Shown piece after piece: positions 37,526 through 49,292 of a stretch of 49,292 nt of DNA (positions are counted from its first letter, which is position 1; the number at the start of each line of letters is the position of its first letter). The stretch is from Conidiobolus incongruus B7586 (lineage: Eukaryota). The notes beneath the pieces were generated by a model. That model searched no databases. It had not been told where the DNA came from and worked only from the letters and a program-made list of their open reading frames with translations. Both the position numbers and the translations under genes were made by a program. The stretch lies in NCBI GenBank assembly GCA_000697335.1, contig JNEM01008690.1, forward strand, positions 1-49,292. The letters run 5' to 3'.

Positions 37526-38625
37526 TTAATTTTTTTGATTGAATAAGATTTTTGATGGAAGTAGTACAAGAGAACCCTTTTTAAATGGCTATATAGGCAG
37601 TTTGTCAAAGTAAAGTTATCTTGATATATTAGTTAATTTTATTAAAATATTATTAAGCATATTATACCTTACAAAATACATTGATGAAAATTAAAAAATA
37701 TATCAAAATTAGAATTATATTATTACTTTCAGTTTTAATATTTAAAAATATCTGTTGAACTATTTGTTAATTAATATTTTTTATAATATATAGTGAGTTA
37801 AAGTTAATAAATGATATAAATTTGAAGATTTTAAATTTCACTCCATTATAGTATCAAATCAAAAAAATTATAATATTTTTTATGAATTTTAACCGTAATA
37901 TATCAACAATTAATTTTTATTATAGATTTTGATTAAAATTCAGATAAAAAATCTTAAAATTTTTTATATTAAATCATTCTCAATGATATCATATTCTAAT
38001 CCAGTTGTTGAAACAGGTCTAATGAATTAATTATAATAATAATCCTTTCACTCAAAATCATCATTATCTAATTTTCAATACATTTTAGAGTTTATTAAAC
38101 ATTACAAAACCAAAAAAACTCTCATAGCTATGTATTACATCATACAAATGGACAAATAATTCTCCATTGATCGATATTAAATCCAAATTCTTAAGGCTTT
38201 AATTTTATCAAATTACCATTTAAAACAGGACTTAATATTTCAATCAAACATGTATTGATATTAGTTATTTTATATACAACTATTAAATAAATTAGTGTCA
38301 AATCTGTTATTACTCTGAACTTAGGTTTTTCTCAGAATTAAATCATTTGGTTGAGTTTTAACCTGATCGGAACAACTTTTTCACCTCCAAATCCCATAAT
38401 CATATTCCCTAATTTGCAAACAATTCTTTGAAGTTGATAATTCAGACTCAAGTTGATTTTTAAATTTATAAATTTATCATCATTAAAAAATTATTATTGT
38501 ATAAATATTTTTAAATTTTAATATATATAAATACATATATACAATTTTACAAATAATCATTAATTTAATATAGTTTGAATACAATTAATTCTTTGAATAA
38601 TAAGAGTTTCCATAACAAATAAATT

Positions 38626-41039
38626 ATGGAATCTAAACCACGTCCCAAACTCTCAGGGAGGAAGAGTAGACAGAATGGAAGGAGTTCAAAGCCTCCTCAA
38701 AATATCCCACCACCGATGCCACCGCCGAGTACTTCAAATACGTCCACTTTAGATCTGGTATCAGAAAGTGCTATGAGTCTAATCAATCCCATATACTCCA
38801 TGATAACGACGGAGGCAAACATAGTAGGCCACGTGCTAAGCGGACTCGGCAGCAGTACCGCAGGAATGCTATTCGGTATGAATTTGGATCTGTTTCGCAA
38901 CCGATTTCGACTGACACAAGGTTCCAATTCGAGACCCGTGCCAGATTTGAGCGTGGACGATATCGACGACGATATTCCTATAAGTGAGAGATCGCAGCCT
39001 ACGTTGCATCAGGGATTTAGGAATCGATTAAGTTTAGCTACGGATTCGAGTGAGAGGATCGAGAATGATTTGGAGAGTTTGTATTCTGAAGGTAGTAAAG
39101 ATCAAACTATTTTAGGTATTATATTATTTAGTAATATATTATAGTTATAAAATCAATTACTAAATTCATATTTAGATCTCACGAACGAGCAAATCAAATC
39201 GCGATTAGATAGGATATCCTATTTAAAGGTAACAATCTAACTCTCATACCATTGAATAATTGAAATAATTCATAAAATAGACGAAATACTCTCACAAAAT
39301 CGAATTAGTAGACCAAGAAATTCATGCGTTAAATCTCAAAAAAGATAAATTATTAAATAAATTAAATAACCTGGTCGAAAAGGAGCGTGAATTGTTGAAT
39401 TTGACAAAATCTGAACATAATAGTATTATATTAATATAAATAATAGGTATTAAAATATTAATATGAATATATTTTAGTACAAAATGATAATTTAAAAGAA
39501 TTGGAAAGTGAAAATATTGAAGTTTCCACTCAGGGTGTCAACGGTAAGGCTAATTTTCATTTCTATCTATTGATTTGTGTCTAATAAATGAATAGAAACA
39601 CAATCTGAAAATCTACCAGAAAGTCAAATTGATGTTGAAACTAATATAAATTTACCACATCTTGAAATAGAAGTAAATCAATCACATGTTGAAAATATTG
39701 ATGTTAAAGAAACCGAAATAATCGAAGCATCTGAGCCAATTGATAAAGAAGATCATACTATTTCAACTGAAATCGACAATAATGAACTTGAAACTGAGCC
39801 TGAAGCTGGAGTCAAACCTGAAGTTGTGGAAAATGTTGAAGATTCCAACGTTACTGAGGAAATTGCCTCTACTGGAGATTTGTCTTTACCTGATGAGCCT
39901 GTAGATACTCCCGTTATTCCTAAGTGGGGATCTTTCTTGAAGGTATAGGCATATCAACGATTTATTCTTATATAATTATTTATAGGTTGAATTTCTAGAG
40001 TTTTGAAGCACATTCCAACCACAGTATTACCACACTGGATATCAATCCCCAAAATCACTACATTGTAACAGGTTCGACAGATGGTTCTATTAAAATGTGG
40101 GACGATAGTACCCAAGAATCCTTAGCCACATTAGTTGGCCAAAAGGGAAGTGTGTACTGTCTCAAGAGTGATCACGGCTTAGTGGTCTCAGGAGGTCAAG
40201 ATTCTAATATTTATATCCACAATATCAACAACATTACATCTGATTCGACATTGGATTTTGTCAATCCTTTAATGACGCTGACTGATCATTCGAGTGCGGT
40301 GACTGCTATCGATTTTAACAAAACAACGTTGGTATCCGGATGTGACAACGGTACTATGATTCACTGGGATTTGGAAACTGGCAAATCGCTATCTGTAATG
40401 GATACGGTTTGGAATATGAATGCTGGACTAGTAAAAGATTTCAAGACAAAATATTGGAAGATTACCAATGGTCGAGGCAGGGATTACGATAGCCTCAATA
40501 CAACGATTGGTAGTTTGATGGTATGGAAACACGCTTTGGCATCCGGTACAGTTGATGGTGTAATCAGAATGTGGGATATACGCACTGGCCAATCCCACAG
40601 ATCCCTAAGTGATCATCTCGGACCCATCACGTCGCTACAGTTTGATCAAACGACAATTGTAAGCAGTAGTTTGGACAAGACTATCCGCATTTGGGATCTC
40701 AGAATGGGTAAAGTGATTGAAAAATTGTCATTGAATTCTCCCGTTCTCAAAGTGCAATTTGACAAACAAATGATCGTAGGTATTGTGGATGAGTATGAAG
40801 CGCCCTACGTCTACAACCGCGTCACATTCCAACCCCAGCAATTGGATAATATTCCCAATATCACGACGATAGACGATAATGAAGCGTTTGTAGCTAAATT
40901 AACAGGAGCTGAAACGACGGAAGAACCAGTACCGACTACTTACTTTAGCTCCAAATTCTCGCATTCCAATTCCATTGAAGGAATGGATTGGCTCGCCGCA
41001 GGTACCCGATCTGGACGAGTAAATATTTGGTCTATTTAA
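38626..41039 (+). CDS. MDV1: Mitochondrial fission adaptor Mdv1/Caf4-like WD40 protein, multi-exon
   Basis: N-terminal extension containing TLHQGF, a coiled-coil exon, and WD40 repeats with ALASGTVDGVIRMWDIRTGQSHRSL..HLGPITSLQFD..IVSSSLDKTIRIWDLRMG. Confidence 0.85.
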
Positions 41040-41269
41040 AAAAATAAAATCAATCAAAATTTGTTCGTTTAAAATTATTCAATACATTTTACTACTATAA
41101 ATTATTTTCAATTTTATCAATGTATTTATTTAAAATATTTTACTATTACTATTTGAATTTTGTATTAATCTATTGTAAAAATGATTATATTCCAAATGAA
41201 ATTCTGATTCAATTAATTTGGCAATTTTGAAAGATTTTTTCCAATAATTTAACAATAATTCTTAATCTT

Positions 41270-41700
41270 GATTAGAAACTTTGATTCAGTTGGTAGAATA
41301 TCAGTTCTCCAGGCGATTTTAGTATCAATATTATATTGTCACGAGTCAGATGACTCTCTTCTACCCAAGTATCTTTATATCAACCTAATGTTAAAGTCAT
41401 TTCCCCCTCACATACCATCTGTTCTTGCTCTATCTTTTAATTGGCCGATGATGCAAATCACCAGATAATCTCATGAATCATGTTACCCAACCCACACTTT
41501 ATAAAACCCGGAATTAAAGCTATCCTCAGCAGGAAGAGTTCGGTCTGGGTCCACCCAGCTATTTGACGTAAATCAATAAACCCCCTATCTCCCTAACGCT
41601 TACCTGGAATTCCCCAGATTTCTCTCTTTTACTTAAACTACTCTGAACACGGCTTTCCCAAGTAGTGTTAATATATTGCTAAATTAATAAATGTAATAAA
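41270..41700 (+). mobile_element. Probable degenerate non-LTR retrotransposon 3' fragment
   Basis: C-rich island. One frame reads HTICSCSIF*LADDANHQIIS*, similar to a CxC...D..H....C zinc knuckle. It ends in AATAAATGTAATAAA. Confidence 0.35.
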
Positions 41701-42088
41701 TTTATCAAAAATATTCCAATATTTTACCTATCTATATGACTATTTATTTTCAACCAATATAATGGAATTGAGGCTAATTGAATATTTTTAAAATATATTA
41801 ATTATTGTTTGTTTTTTTGAATTAATAATTAATGAAATAAAAAATTTAATCTATTTTTAATATTTGATATTTGAAATATAATTGTTCTCATATTCAAAAA
41901 TTCAAACTATGGCAATTATTTTGCGTTGTATTAAAACCAATCCGGATATCGGAGCATCCTATTTTTCCCTTTTTTTGAACAATTGATTGACCCTAAATCA
42001 TAGATTCAATCAAAAATTTAATCGATATATAGATTTAACCAGATCAAAATTCACAATATGATGTTATACTTTTTATTCGAATCTGATT

Positions 42089-43399
42089 ATGACAATGTCG
42101 AAATTACCAAATAATTTTACAGGTATATAGAGAATACCGATAGTCATATAAATAATATTAAATATTTTATATAGTATTAATTCAAACTAATAATCCTATA
42201 AAAACCAAATTAAAGTTAGATAATCTCAATACTCAGCTAACTCAATTAATATCCGAATCACCACGAAGCACTTGTATAAATTTAAAATTTGAAGATTTAG
42301 ATATTCAATTGTCTAACTTTCCAACTTCACAATTTCTAACCCATTTCCCCAGAGGTGTCTACACTTCAGCACGTACAGTAAGTCCCGGTCGTGTGTTTGA
42401 CTTAGCAAATCATATTGAAAGGATGCACCAAGGTGTGAATAGTATGGAATTTGACCCACGTATCAATTTCGGCCAGTTCAAAGAGTTGGAAAGTCTAAAA
42501 TTCACTATGGTAGAGTTGAGCAGACTGGGTGTATTTTTTTACAAGATGTTCATTCAAGAGGATATTGAACAAAGGTTGAAACTAAGTTATTATCTGACAG
42601 TTGATACAATGAAAAATTTACCACTTTTCGCTTTTCATTGCGATAATTTGTTGATTCCTAAGGTGAACGCTTGCGAAGTAATTAATATTGTGATTTCATT
42701 AGATGTATATTTAATATGCCATTTAATTGTAGGCTGAAGTTCAAATTGGTGCTAGAGTTAATCCCAATACTAAGGATTCTCAATGGGTTTTGTAATATAT
42801 TATAAACTTCTTTGATTTAAGAAATCTTATTCGAGATTTTTAGAGATCGAAGAATAATGGAAGCTAATAAACGCCCCAACTGCAATGAAGTAATTCTATT
42901 GCAACCTGGAACTGGTAGACTCTATGAAGGCTTAAGTTCCAATTTTTTCGTATTGACTGAGAATGATTTGGGGCATTTGGAAATTTGGTCTCCTCCAAGA
43001 GAGGATGTATTAATTGGTACAGTGATGCGATTAGTTGAAAAAATAGTGAATGATGATAAACGATTGACCTGGGTTTATAAGCATCCCAATTTGAATGATA
43101 CTACCAAATGGAGAGGTGCCTTTATTACAAGTAATTATATCGCCTCAATTCAAATATTTTTATTAAATTTTAAAATTTTAGGCACCTCAAGATTAGTTCT
43201 CCCTATTCATACCCTCTATTTCAATAACCACAGTGACCAGTAATTATATTATATTATTTAAATATTTACTTTACTAAAGAATTTTTAATAATTTAGACAA
43301 GCTATTAAGTTCAATGAAATACATCCCGAAATCATAATGCTCAAGTCCAAAGTATTCGATTATGTGATCAAAAACAGTCTCTATGTCGAAGAAATTTGA
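42089..43399 (+). CDS. Class IV (D-amino acid/branched-chain-type) PLP-dependent aminotransferase-like protein, multi-exon
   Basis: Motifs: PRGVYTSART, HIERM, RVNPNTKDSQWV (putative PLP Lys), LYEGLSSNFF, VLIGT, GAFITSTSRLVLPI. Confidence 0.85.
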
Positions 43400-43631
43400 T
43401 TATTTACTTATTCAATAGTGTTTTTAAATGATTAAATTAATAAATCATTTTTAGAAATCAATATGAATTGAATTTTATGATTAAATTATAAAATGCACCT
43501 TAAACTCATAATAACCACTGATAATGAATATAAAGGAATTAATTGTTTTTATAAAATTGGAATGATGGAAATGTAATATTTGATTTTAATAATAGAGATT
43601 GAAAAAAAATGATTAAGAATATTAGAAAATA

Positions 43632-44807
43632 TTATACTCGACTATATCCACCACGTCTTCTACCGGAAATGAGTAGCACACCGCGACGGATTAATTGCTA
43701 AAAACAGAATTAATTCAATGTGTTAGATGAAATACATAAATAACTACCATAGTCATTTCTGGAACTTCTCTCCAGAAAGATAAATGAGGAACTAGATTTA
43801 ATCCACGAGCGTCGTAGAAATGATAGTTGTAAACACAGCCTCCAATGAAATAGAACCCGAGGAGTACAAATAATCTATTTCAAAAAAGTAAAGTATAAGA
43901 AAACGATTAAATATAATCGATTTGGTCAATTTACATTATTAAGAAAGTGGAAAAACCACTACCGGAAGATTTGTTATTATCGGGTTGATCTTCTTTGGGA
44001 GGTTTTTCAGGCTCTGAAGGAGGCTTTTTAGGATCTTCCTTTTGACTAAAATTATAACAAAATGAGTATAGTTTTAAATAGTTAATAAATAGACAACTTA
44101 CGTGCCACAGATGTATTTAGTATACGAAATGACCTGTAGTTCCGTATCGCTATTTTTAGTAAATTGGACATCGTTCACATCATCCTAAATTTTAATTAAT
44201 TATTTGAATATTATTTTGTATGGATGAACTTTGAATTGCTTACTTTTTTGTCGTCGCAATAAAAGAATATTTTAACTTGAAAATTCTTGTCTCCAGTTTC
44301 TTGGTTGTCCATAGTCCAAGTGAGTGCTATAGTTTTCAATTTAGAATAATGCTAACACGTTAGCAATATTTTTTACCTTCAATTTTACCATCATTTTCAA
44401 TTACATCCCATGGATTTTTGTCATCTGTCAATTTTGCCATTTCCTTAACTCTAGTCACTCTTGGCTTTTCATTCTTTTTATAGTTGGTAGTAATCTTACA
44501 ACCATAAGCCTTATCGGAGCACTGGTCCCCATCGAGGACATCCTTCAACTTTTCCAATGGTTTACATGGATTCAGTCTAATACTGACTTCGTCAGTTGAA
44601 GGAACATAAGTATAATTATTCTTTTTCAAAATTCCACTAAAAATATTAAGCAAATATAATGTTAAATTTTTAATAAATTATTTACTTTTCAAACTTTTCT
44701 AAGTTAAATTTAAAAGCTTTAACTTCTAAGTTTTTGCAATCATAAGCAGTTATAGAATGGTAAAATAGAGAACTTAAAAATATATTATTTATAAGATTAA
44801 ACTTCAT
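43632..44807 (-). CDS. ATG27: Atg27 / mannose-6-phosphate-receptor-like type I membrane protein, multi-exon
   Basis: Signal peptide, Cys-containing luminal domain (LNPCKPL, CKITT), TM segment, YFIGGCVYNY..Y.ARGLNLVPHLSFWREVP, and C-terminal RGGYSRV (YxxPhi). Confidence 0.8.
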
Positions 44808-45935
44808 AATTAATTCCAATTAATATTATTATTAAATTAATTCTTTTTCACTCAACGAATTCAATAAATATTAATTATCTATGAATAATAAATAAAAGTG
44901 TAAACAATGTCCAAAATATAAATGTTGAAAGTAGAATTAAGATGAATATGGGATTTTTGTTTAATGTGTTAATTAAATAGGAGTGACTGGTTAAAGACAT
45001 AAAGTATAAAATAGAATTTCTCCACATTTTAATTAAAGATTTGAAAATTATAATTATTATAAAAGTTGAATTAATTGATAAAATACCTTTAATATTCTCA
45101 ATTATTGATAGAATTAGATTTATTACTTTACATAAAATTCCAGGCGTGTATTTTGTATTGGTTATTATTATATAAATTATATTTAATTTTTAGTTGTTTT
45201 TTGCTGTTATTAGATTAGCAAGGAATAGCATCCACAAAGGTTTTGTTGTACATTTCAGAAATTTTGAAATTAGTCAACTAATAAAACACACTAATAATGA
45301 TATGATTATCATATTCTTATCAACCACTTAATTTTTAAATCAATCCAATATATTATAGTTTTGGTTTGTTTGATTTATAAGAATTATTTCAAATTGTACC
45401 AATAAATGCAATTTGTTGATAGATATTTCAATAATTATCAATTACTTAATCAAATATAAAATGCAATCATTATATTAATATTAGAAATTTGCAGAAGGGA
45501 AGATTAATGATCTAGCTTGAGTGATATTGAAAAGTTGCAAAAAATATTAAACTAATATTTTGACTTTTTTAATGCAATTATTAAAATACATTGATATGAA
45601 GGAAGATATAATTTGAACAGTAATATTCATAGATATTTTGAAAAATACTTTTAAAAAATATTTTTCGGTGTATTAATATTATAAAGTAGTTTTGGGACAA
45701 ATTTAACGAATAAAAATTACTATTATATATTATATTTTATTTAAGACAAAACTTTTGAACTAACTCACATTTAATTTACAATTATAAACTAATATCATTG
45801 GTTACAGGGGTGAGAAAATGAACGAATCAAATTTGAGAAATCTCTATGACAATTCTCGCGTATAAGAAAATATTATTCAAAGAGAATTCGTCATTATATT
45901 TATACAACTAAATCAACAATTATTAAAGATTATAG

Positions 45936-47495
45936 ATGACAGCAATATCCGACTCAAATTCTAATAATAATAACAATAATAATATTAATTCAAATAATAC
46001 TGAATATAATACTGTAGCTGGAAATTCAAATGCTTTAAAAAGAAATACTCCTAGTACAATTGAAAATGTAATTAATTTTTTTTAAAAAAAATTCATGTTT
46101 TATTAGCTAATTATGTTTGATAGGGAAATGATAAATCTTCTAAACTATCTAAGAGCGACAACATTAACCCTTTGAAACAAGAGATTATTAAATTACCTCT
46201 TTGGGATATTCGAGATCCTAAAGAAATCCAAAGTAAGTTTAACATAGATCATTATTATAATTGCTAACAACATTTAGACCAAAATGTCGACCAAAATTCC
46301 GTAAAGAATCCAATAGAATTTGCTTTAGTTAAAATATCCAGTAAACCAAGCTCTGATTACCCAAATGAAGCTAGCTATATTGTAATTTTTATCAATTACA
46401 ACTAATATAAAGCTTCTTACTAATTTTCATGTTTAGCCTGAAAGGATTATTGCAATGAAAAATTTGGATAATACTGAGTCTTATTTAGTCAAATGGAAGA
46501 ATAAGCACGAAGATGAGAGCTTTTGGGTACCTGCATCCGATTTAGAAAAGTTTAAAGATATTTTAGATTGCTTTTTATTGTCTATTACATGTGGCAGAAG
46601 AATGAATACAGCATTTACAATGGGATCTCAAAAGGGATCAATTGCAACTCTTGAACCGAAAATATCGATTTTTATGAATTTAATTAATCATGATACCGGT
46701 TATCCTATTTCAATTATCAATACTGTTGACGATTCAGATCCTCCAAATTTTATCTATACCAATAATTTTCTTTTACATGAAGATATTAGAGAAAAAGTTT
46801 TAACCGACAAAACTAGATTGATTGATGGCTGTGCTTGCGCGATATGTCCTCCTATCAATCAGAAATCCAAATGTGATTGTGTTGAGTATACTGGTACTAT
46901 TGCATATAGTAATAAGGGTTTAGTACTGATGGAATCTAGAAACCAAATCTATGAATGCAATTCCAAATGTACATGTGCTAAAATTACACCTTGCCTTTGC
47001 CGCAATCGCATCACCCAAAGGAAGAGAAAATATAAACTTCAAATATATAAAACAACTAACAAGGGTTGGGCAGTTCGCACCTTGGAAGACATTCCTAAAG
47101 GAGCATTCATTTCAATATACACAGGTTTGGTGATGTCGTTTAATCGTGCTAATCAACTTGGTAAGTCCTATGAAACTCAAGGATTTTCCTATTTGTTTGA
47201 CTTGGATGGAGATACTATGCATGATTCTGACCCCATTTATACAGTTGATGCTACAAACTATGGAAATTTCAGTCGCTTCATCAATCATTCATGTGATCCC
47301 AATCTATTCATCCTATCAGTCTTTACTGAACATCAAGATATTCATAATATTGCACTCTTCGCCAAACGTGACATCAATGCATTTGAAGAGCTTTGCTACG
47401 ATTATACTGGAGGTAAACCACAAGACGAAAACTTTGATACAGGCATCCCTTGCCATTGTGGTGTTCCAAATTGTAGAAAAATATTAATGATGTAA
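45936..47495 (+). CDS. clr4: Clr4/SUV39-family histone H3K9 methyltransferase (chromodomain, pre-SET, SET, post-SET)
   Basis: Chromodomain-like SYIPERII..YLVKW..W.P..DL, Cys-rich pre-SET with IYECNSKC, KGWAVRTLE, YLFDLD, RFINHSCDPN, EELCYDY, post-SET CHCGVPNCR. Three 5' introns. Confidence 0.9.
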
Positions 47496-47869
47496 TTATA
47501 CATTGCAAATCTTGTTGAATTATTTTAATTATAAAACGTGGAATAATAAATCGACAGGCTATTTATTTATATATAATAATGGTGCCTCATCAATTTTTAA
47601 TTTTGAGCAACTCTATTTCATCAATTTAAATTCATATCTTATTAATAAATATAAATATTAATATTAAAATATAATTATATTATTAAAGAAGATTTTCAAC
47701 CTGAAAGAGGAAATTTTAATTTAATTAATAGACATTATTAGAATTGATGATGAAAATCATGAAATGAAGAATTTATTACATCAACCTATATGAAACAAAG
47801 TTAATATATTCATCGTGCTAAATTGGATTAAATAGTTGGCTAATTATACGATACAAAAATCCTTGTAGA

Positions 47870-48210
47870 ACTAATTGAGGAATTAGTACTATGATCAGAT
47901 TTAGTATAGAAGAAGTAATCACGAATATTCGACACCTTGAGTTGAAAAGGTGTTTTATTGATTCAGTCAAAAGTCAGAGAGGACTCAGATTGGACTGGTT
48001 GAGATATGAATCATATAAATTCCGGATTTGTGTAATGTAGCTAGGGTAAAGCGATTTAAGAGTTACTGCGGTAGCTTGGCTGAATAGCCAATCAACAAAC
48101 GAAGTGTAAATGAATTTGTAAGGGAGGAAAAATGATCATTTCATTTGGTTGATGTAAGGACTACTTGTTGAAAGTCGAGGCCCCTGTCTCGTAATACCAA
48201 TATCACATAG
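47870..48210 (-). mobile_element. Decayed coding remnant, probably retroelement-derived
   Basis: GC-richer island. The minus strand has about 110 codons with only two TGA stops (LCDIGITRQGPR...FVDWLFSQ...). No diagnostic motif was recognised. Confidence 0.25.
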
Positions 48211-48649
48211 TTATAATTAATAATTTTTAAATGAAATTTAGTTATTTCTGATGATATAATACAGACTGAGTATATCATACTAAAATATTAATTATATTAT
48301 TGTACATAATAGTTATATATTGTAACCTAAAATACTAATATTATCAATCAAATCACATGTTTAAAACTTAATTCAAGAAATCAGCCAATCAGAAATTTGT
48401 ATAAGCATAACTCAATTTCTTTATTGATTTTTAAAAAATCGGTTATATTTCTTTGAAAATTACTAACTATAGTTGAAATAACACATTTATTTTCAAATAT
48501 TGTTAAGTTAATATTAATTTTATATTACAAAATAAAATTAATATATTAATAGTATTTTTGGTAACTAAAACAATGATTTTATATTAACTGAAATTATTAT
48601 TATTTATCTTATGGATTTTCATTGAAGAACAAATTATTAGATTAGAAAT

Positions 48650-49292
48650 TAAGAAATGGCAAATTTTTTAATTTTTCTGATCTTTCAAACATATTATAAG
48701 TTTTGAAAAGTTATTTATATATAAAATAAATAGGAGAATAGATATTTTCAATCTATATATATTTATATATATATTCAATTATAATTATTTTTTATTAAAA
48801 TATTTTAATTTTAAAATTTATAGTTAAATTTTATTATATTTAAACTAAATAGTAATTATCAAAAGGCTTCTATTTTTATATCTCTAAAACTTAACTATAA
48901 ACCTACTAAAATTATCTAAGATTTATAAAAAACTTATAAAGATGATGTTTTAATTAAAACTACCATATATCTTTAAATTTGTTATTTTAAAATTAAAAAG
49001 GTCATTATATAAAATTTACTAAAATCTAAAAAATTGATTTTTACTATTATTTTTTCATTTATTAATAAAATAAAGAAAAATATTAATAAACATCTTTTAT
49101 TTTTTAGTTGAAGGATTATTAAAGTAATTTAATATTAATTATATAAGCATATTTTATATATTTAAGTTTAAACTTAAATTTATTAATAAGAATATAAAAT
49201 AAATACCTTATAATTTAACAAAAGCTTAAAAGAAAATTAAAATAATTATAGCTAAACTAAACTTATTAAAATATAATTAAAAAATAAAGTTT
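48650..49292 (+). mobile_element. Second copy of the mariner relic, truncated by the window end
   Basis: Direct repeat of about 31230-31865. It translates YQKASIFISLKLNYKPTKII*DL*KTYKDDVLIKTTIYL*I...NLLKSKKL and *IPYNLTKA*K (49200, cf. WVPHELTEAQK). Confidence 0.85.

Noticed and set aside
44350..44368. Inverted repeat TGCTAAC-AC-GTTAGCA within an ATG27 intron
   Set aside because: The stem is only 7 bp with a 2-nt loop, which is compatible with chance, and another branch-like site lies nearer the acceptor.
48321..48420. TGTAACC...CCAATCAG segment resembling an LTR start
   Set aside because: No matching second LTR, PBS, PPT or TSD was found in the window.
1..49292. CRISPR arrays, tRNA/rRNA genes and prokaryotic operon-like systems
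   Set aside because: The sequence is spliced eukaryotic DNA. I saw no regularly spaced repeats or recognisable structured RNA genes, though small snoRNAs cannot be excluded by eye.

Overview
This is eukaryotic, very AT-rich, intron-dense fungal DNA with roughly 45-70 nt GT-AG introns and CTAAC/CTAAT branch points. The gene set and composition suggest an early-diverging fungus such as an Entomophthoromycotina/Conidiobolus-like species, but that assignment is inference only. I can support 14 protein-coding genes: a 5'-partial Syp1/FCHO-type muHD protein, SFM1, an Hv1-like voltage-sensor protein, FNIP/Lst4, a NIF/FCP1-like HAD protein, TOM22, UTP13, NMNAT, a PBS2-type MAPKK, PDS5, MDV1/CAF4, a class IV aminotransferase, ATG27 and a Clr4/SUV39 H3K9 methyltransferase. 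The intergenic regions hide relics that the ORF track misses: a split pogo/Tigger transposase, a TFIIB-like pseudogene, probable LINE 3' fragments, a foreign-looking ORF broken by a single TGA, and two copies of a DD34D mariner. The three most interesting signals are these. (1) The mariner copies are nearly saturated with C>T/G>A changes yet remain almost colinear, a RIP-like pattern in what appears to be a non-Dikarya fungus. (2) The Hv1-like channel has Asn at both the selectivity Asp (hHv1 D112) and its partner Arg (R208). (3) The Clr4 homologue has Tyr at the F/Y switch and a chromodomain missing an aromatic-cage residue. All alignments were done by eye from remembered family motifs, with no database search.
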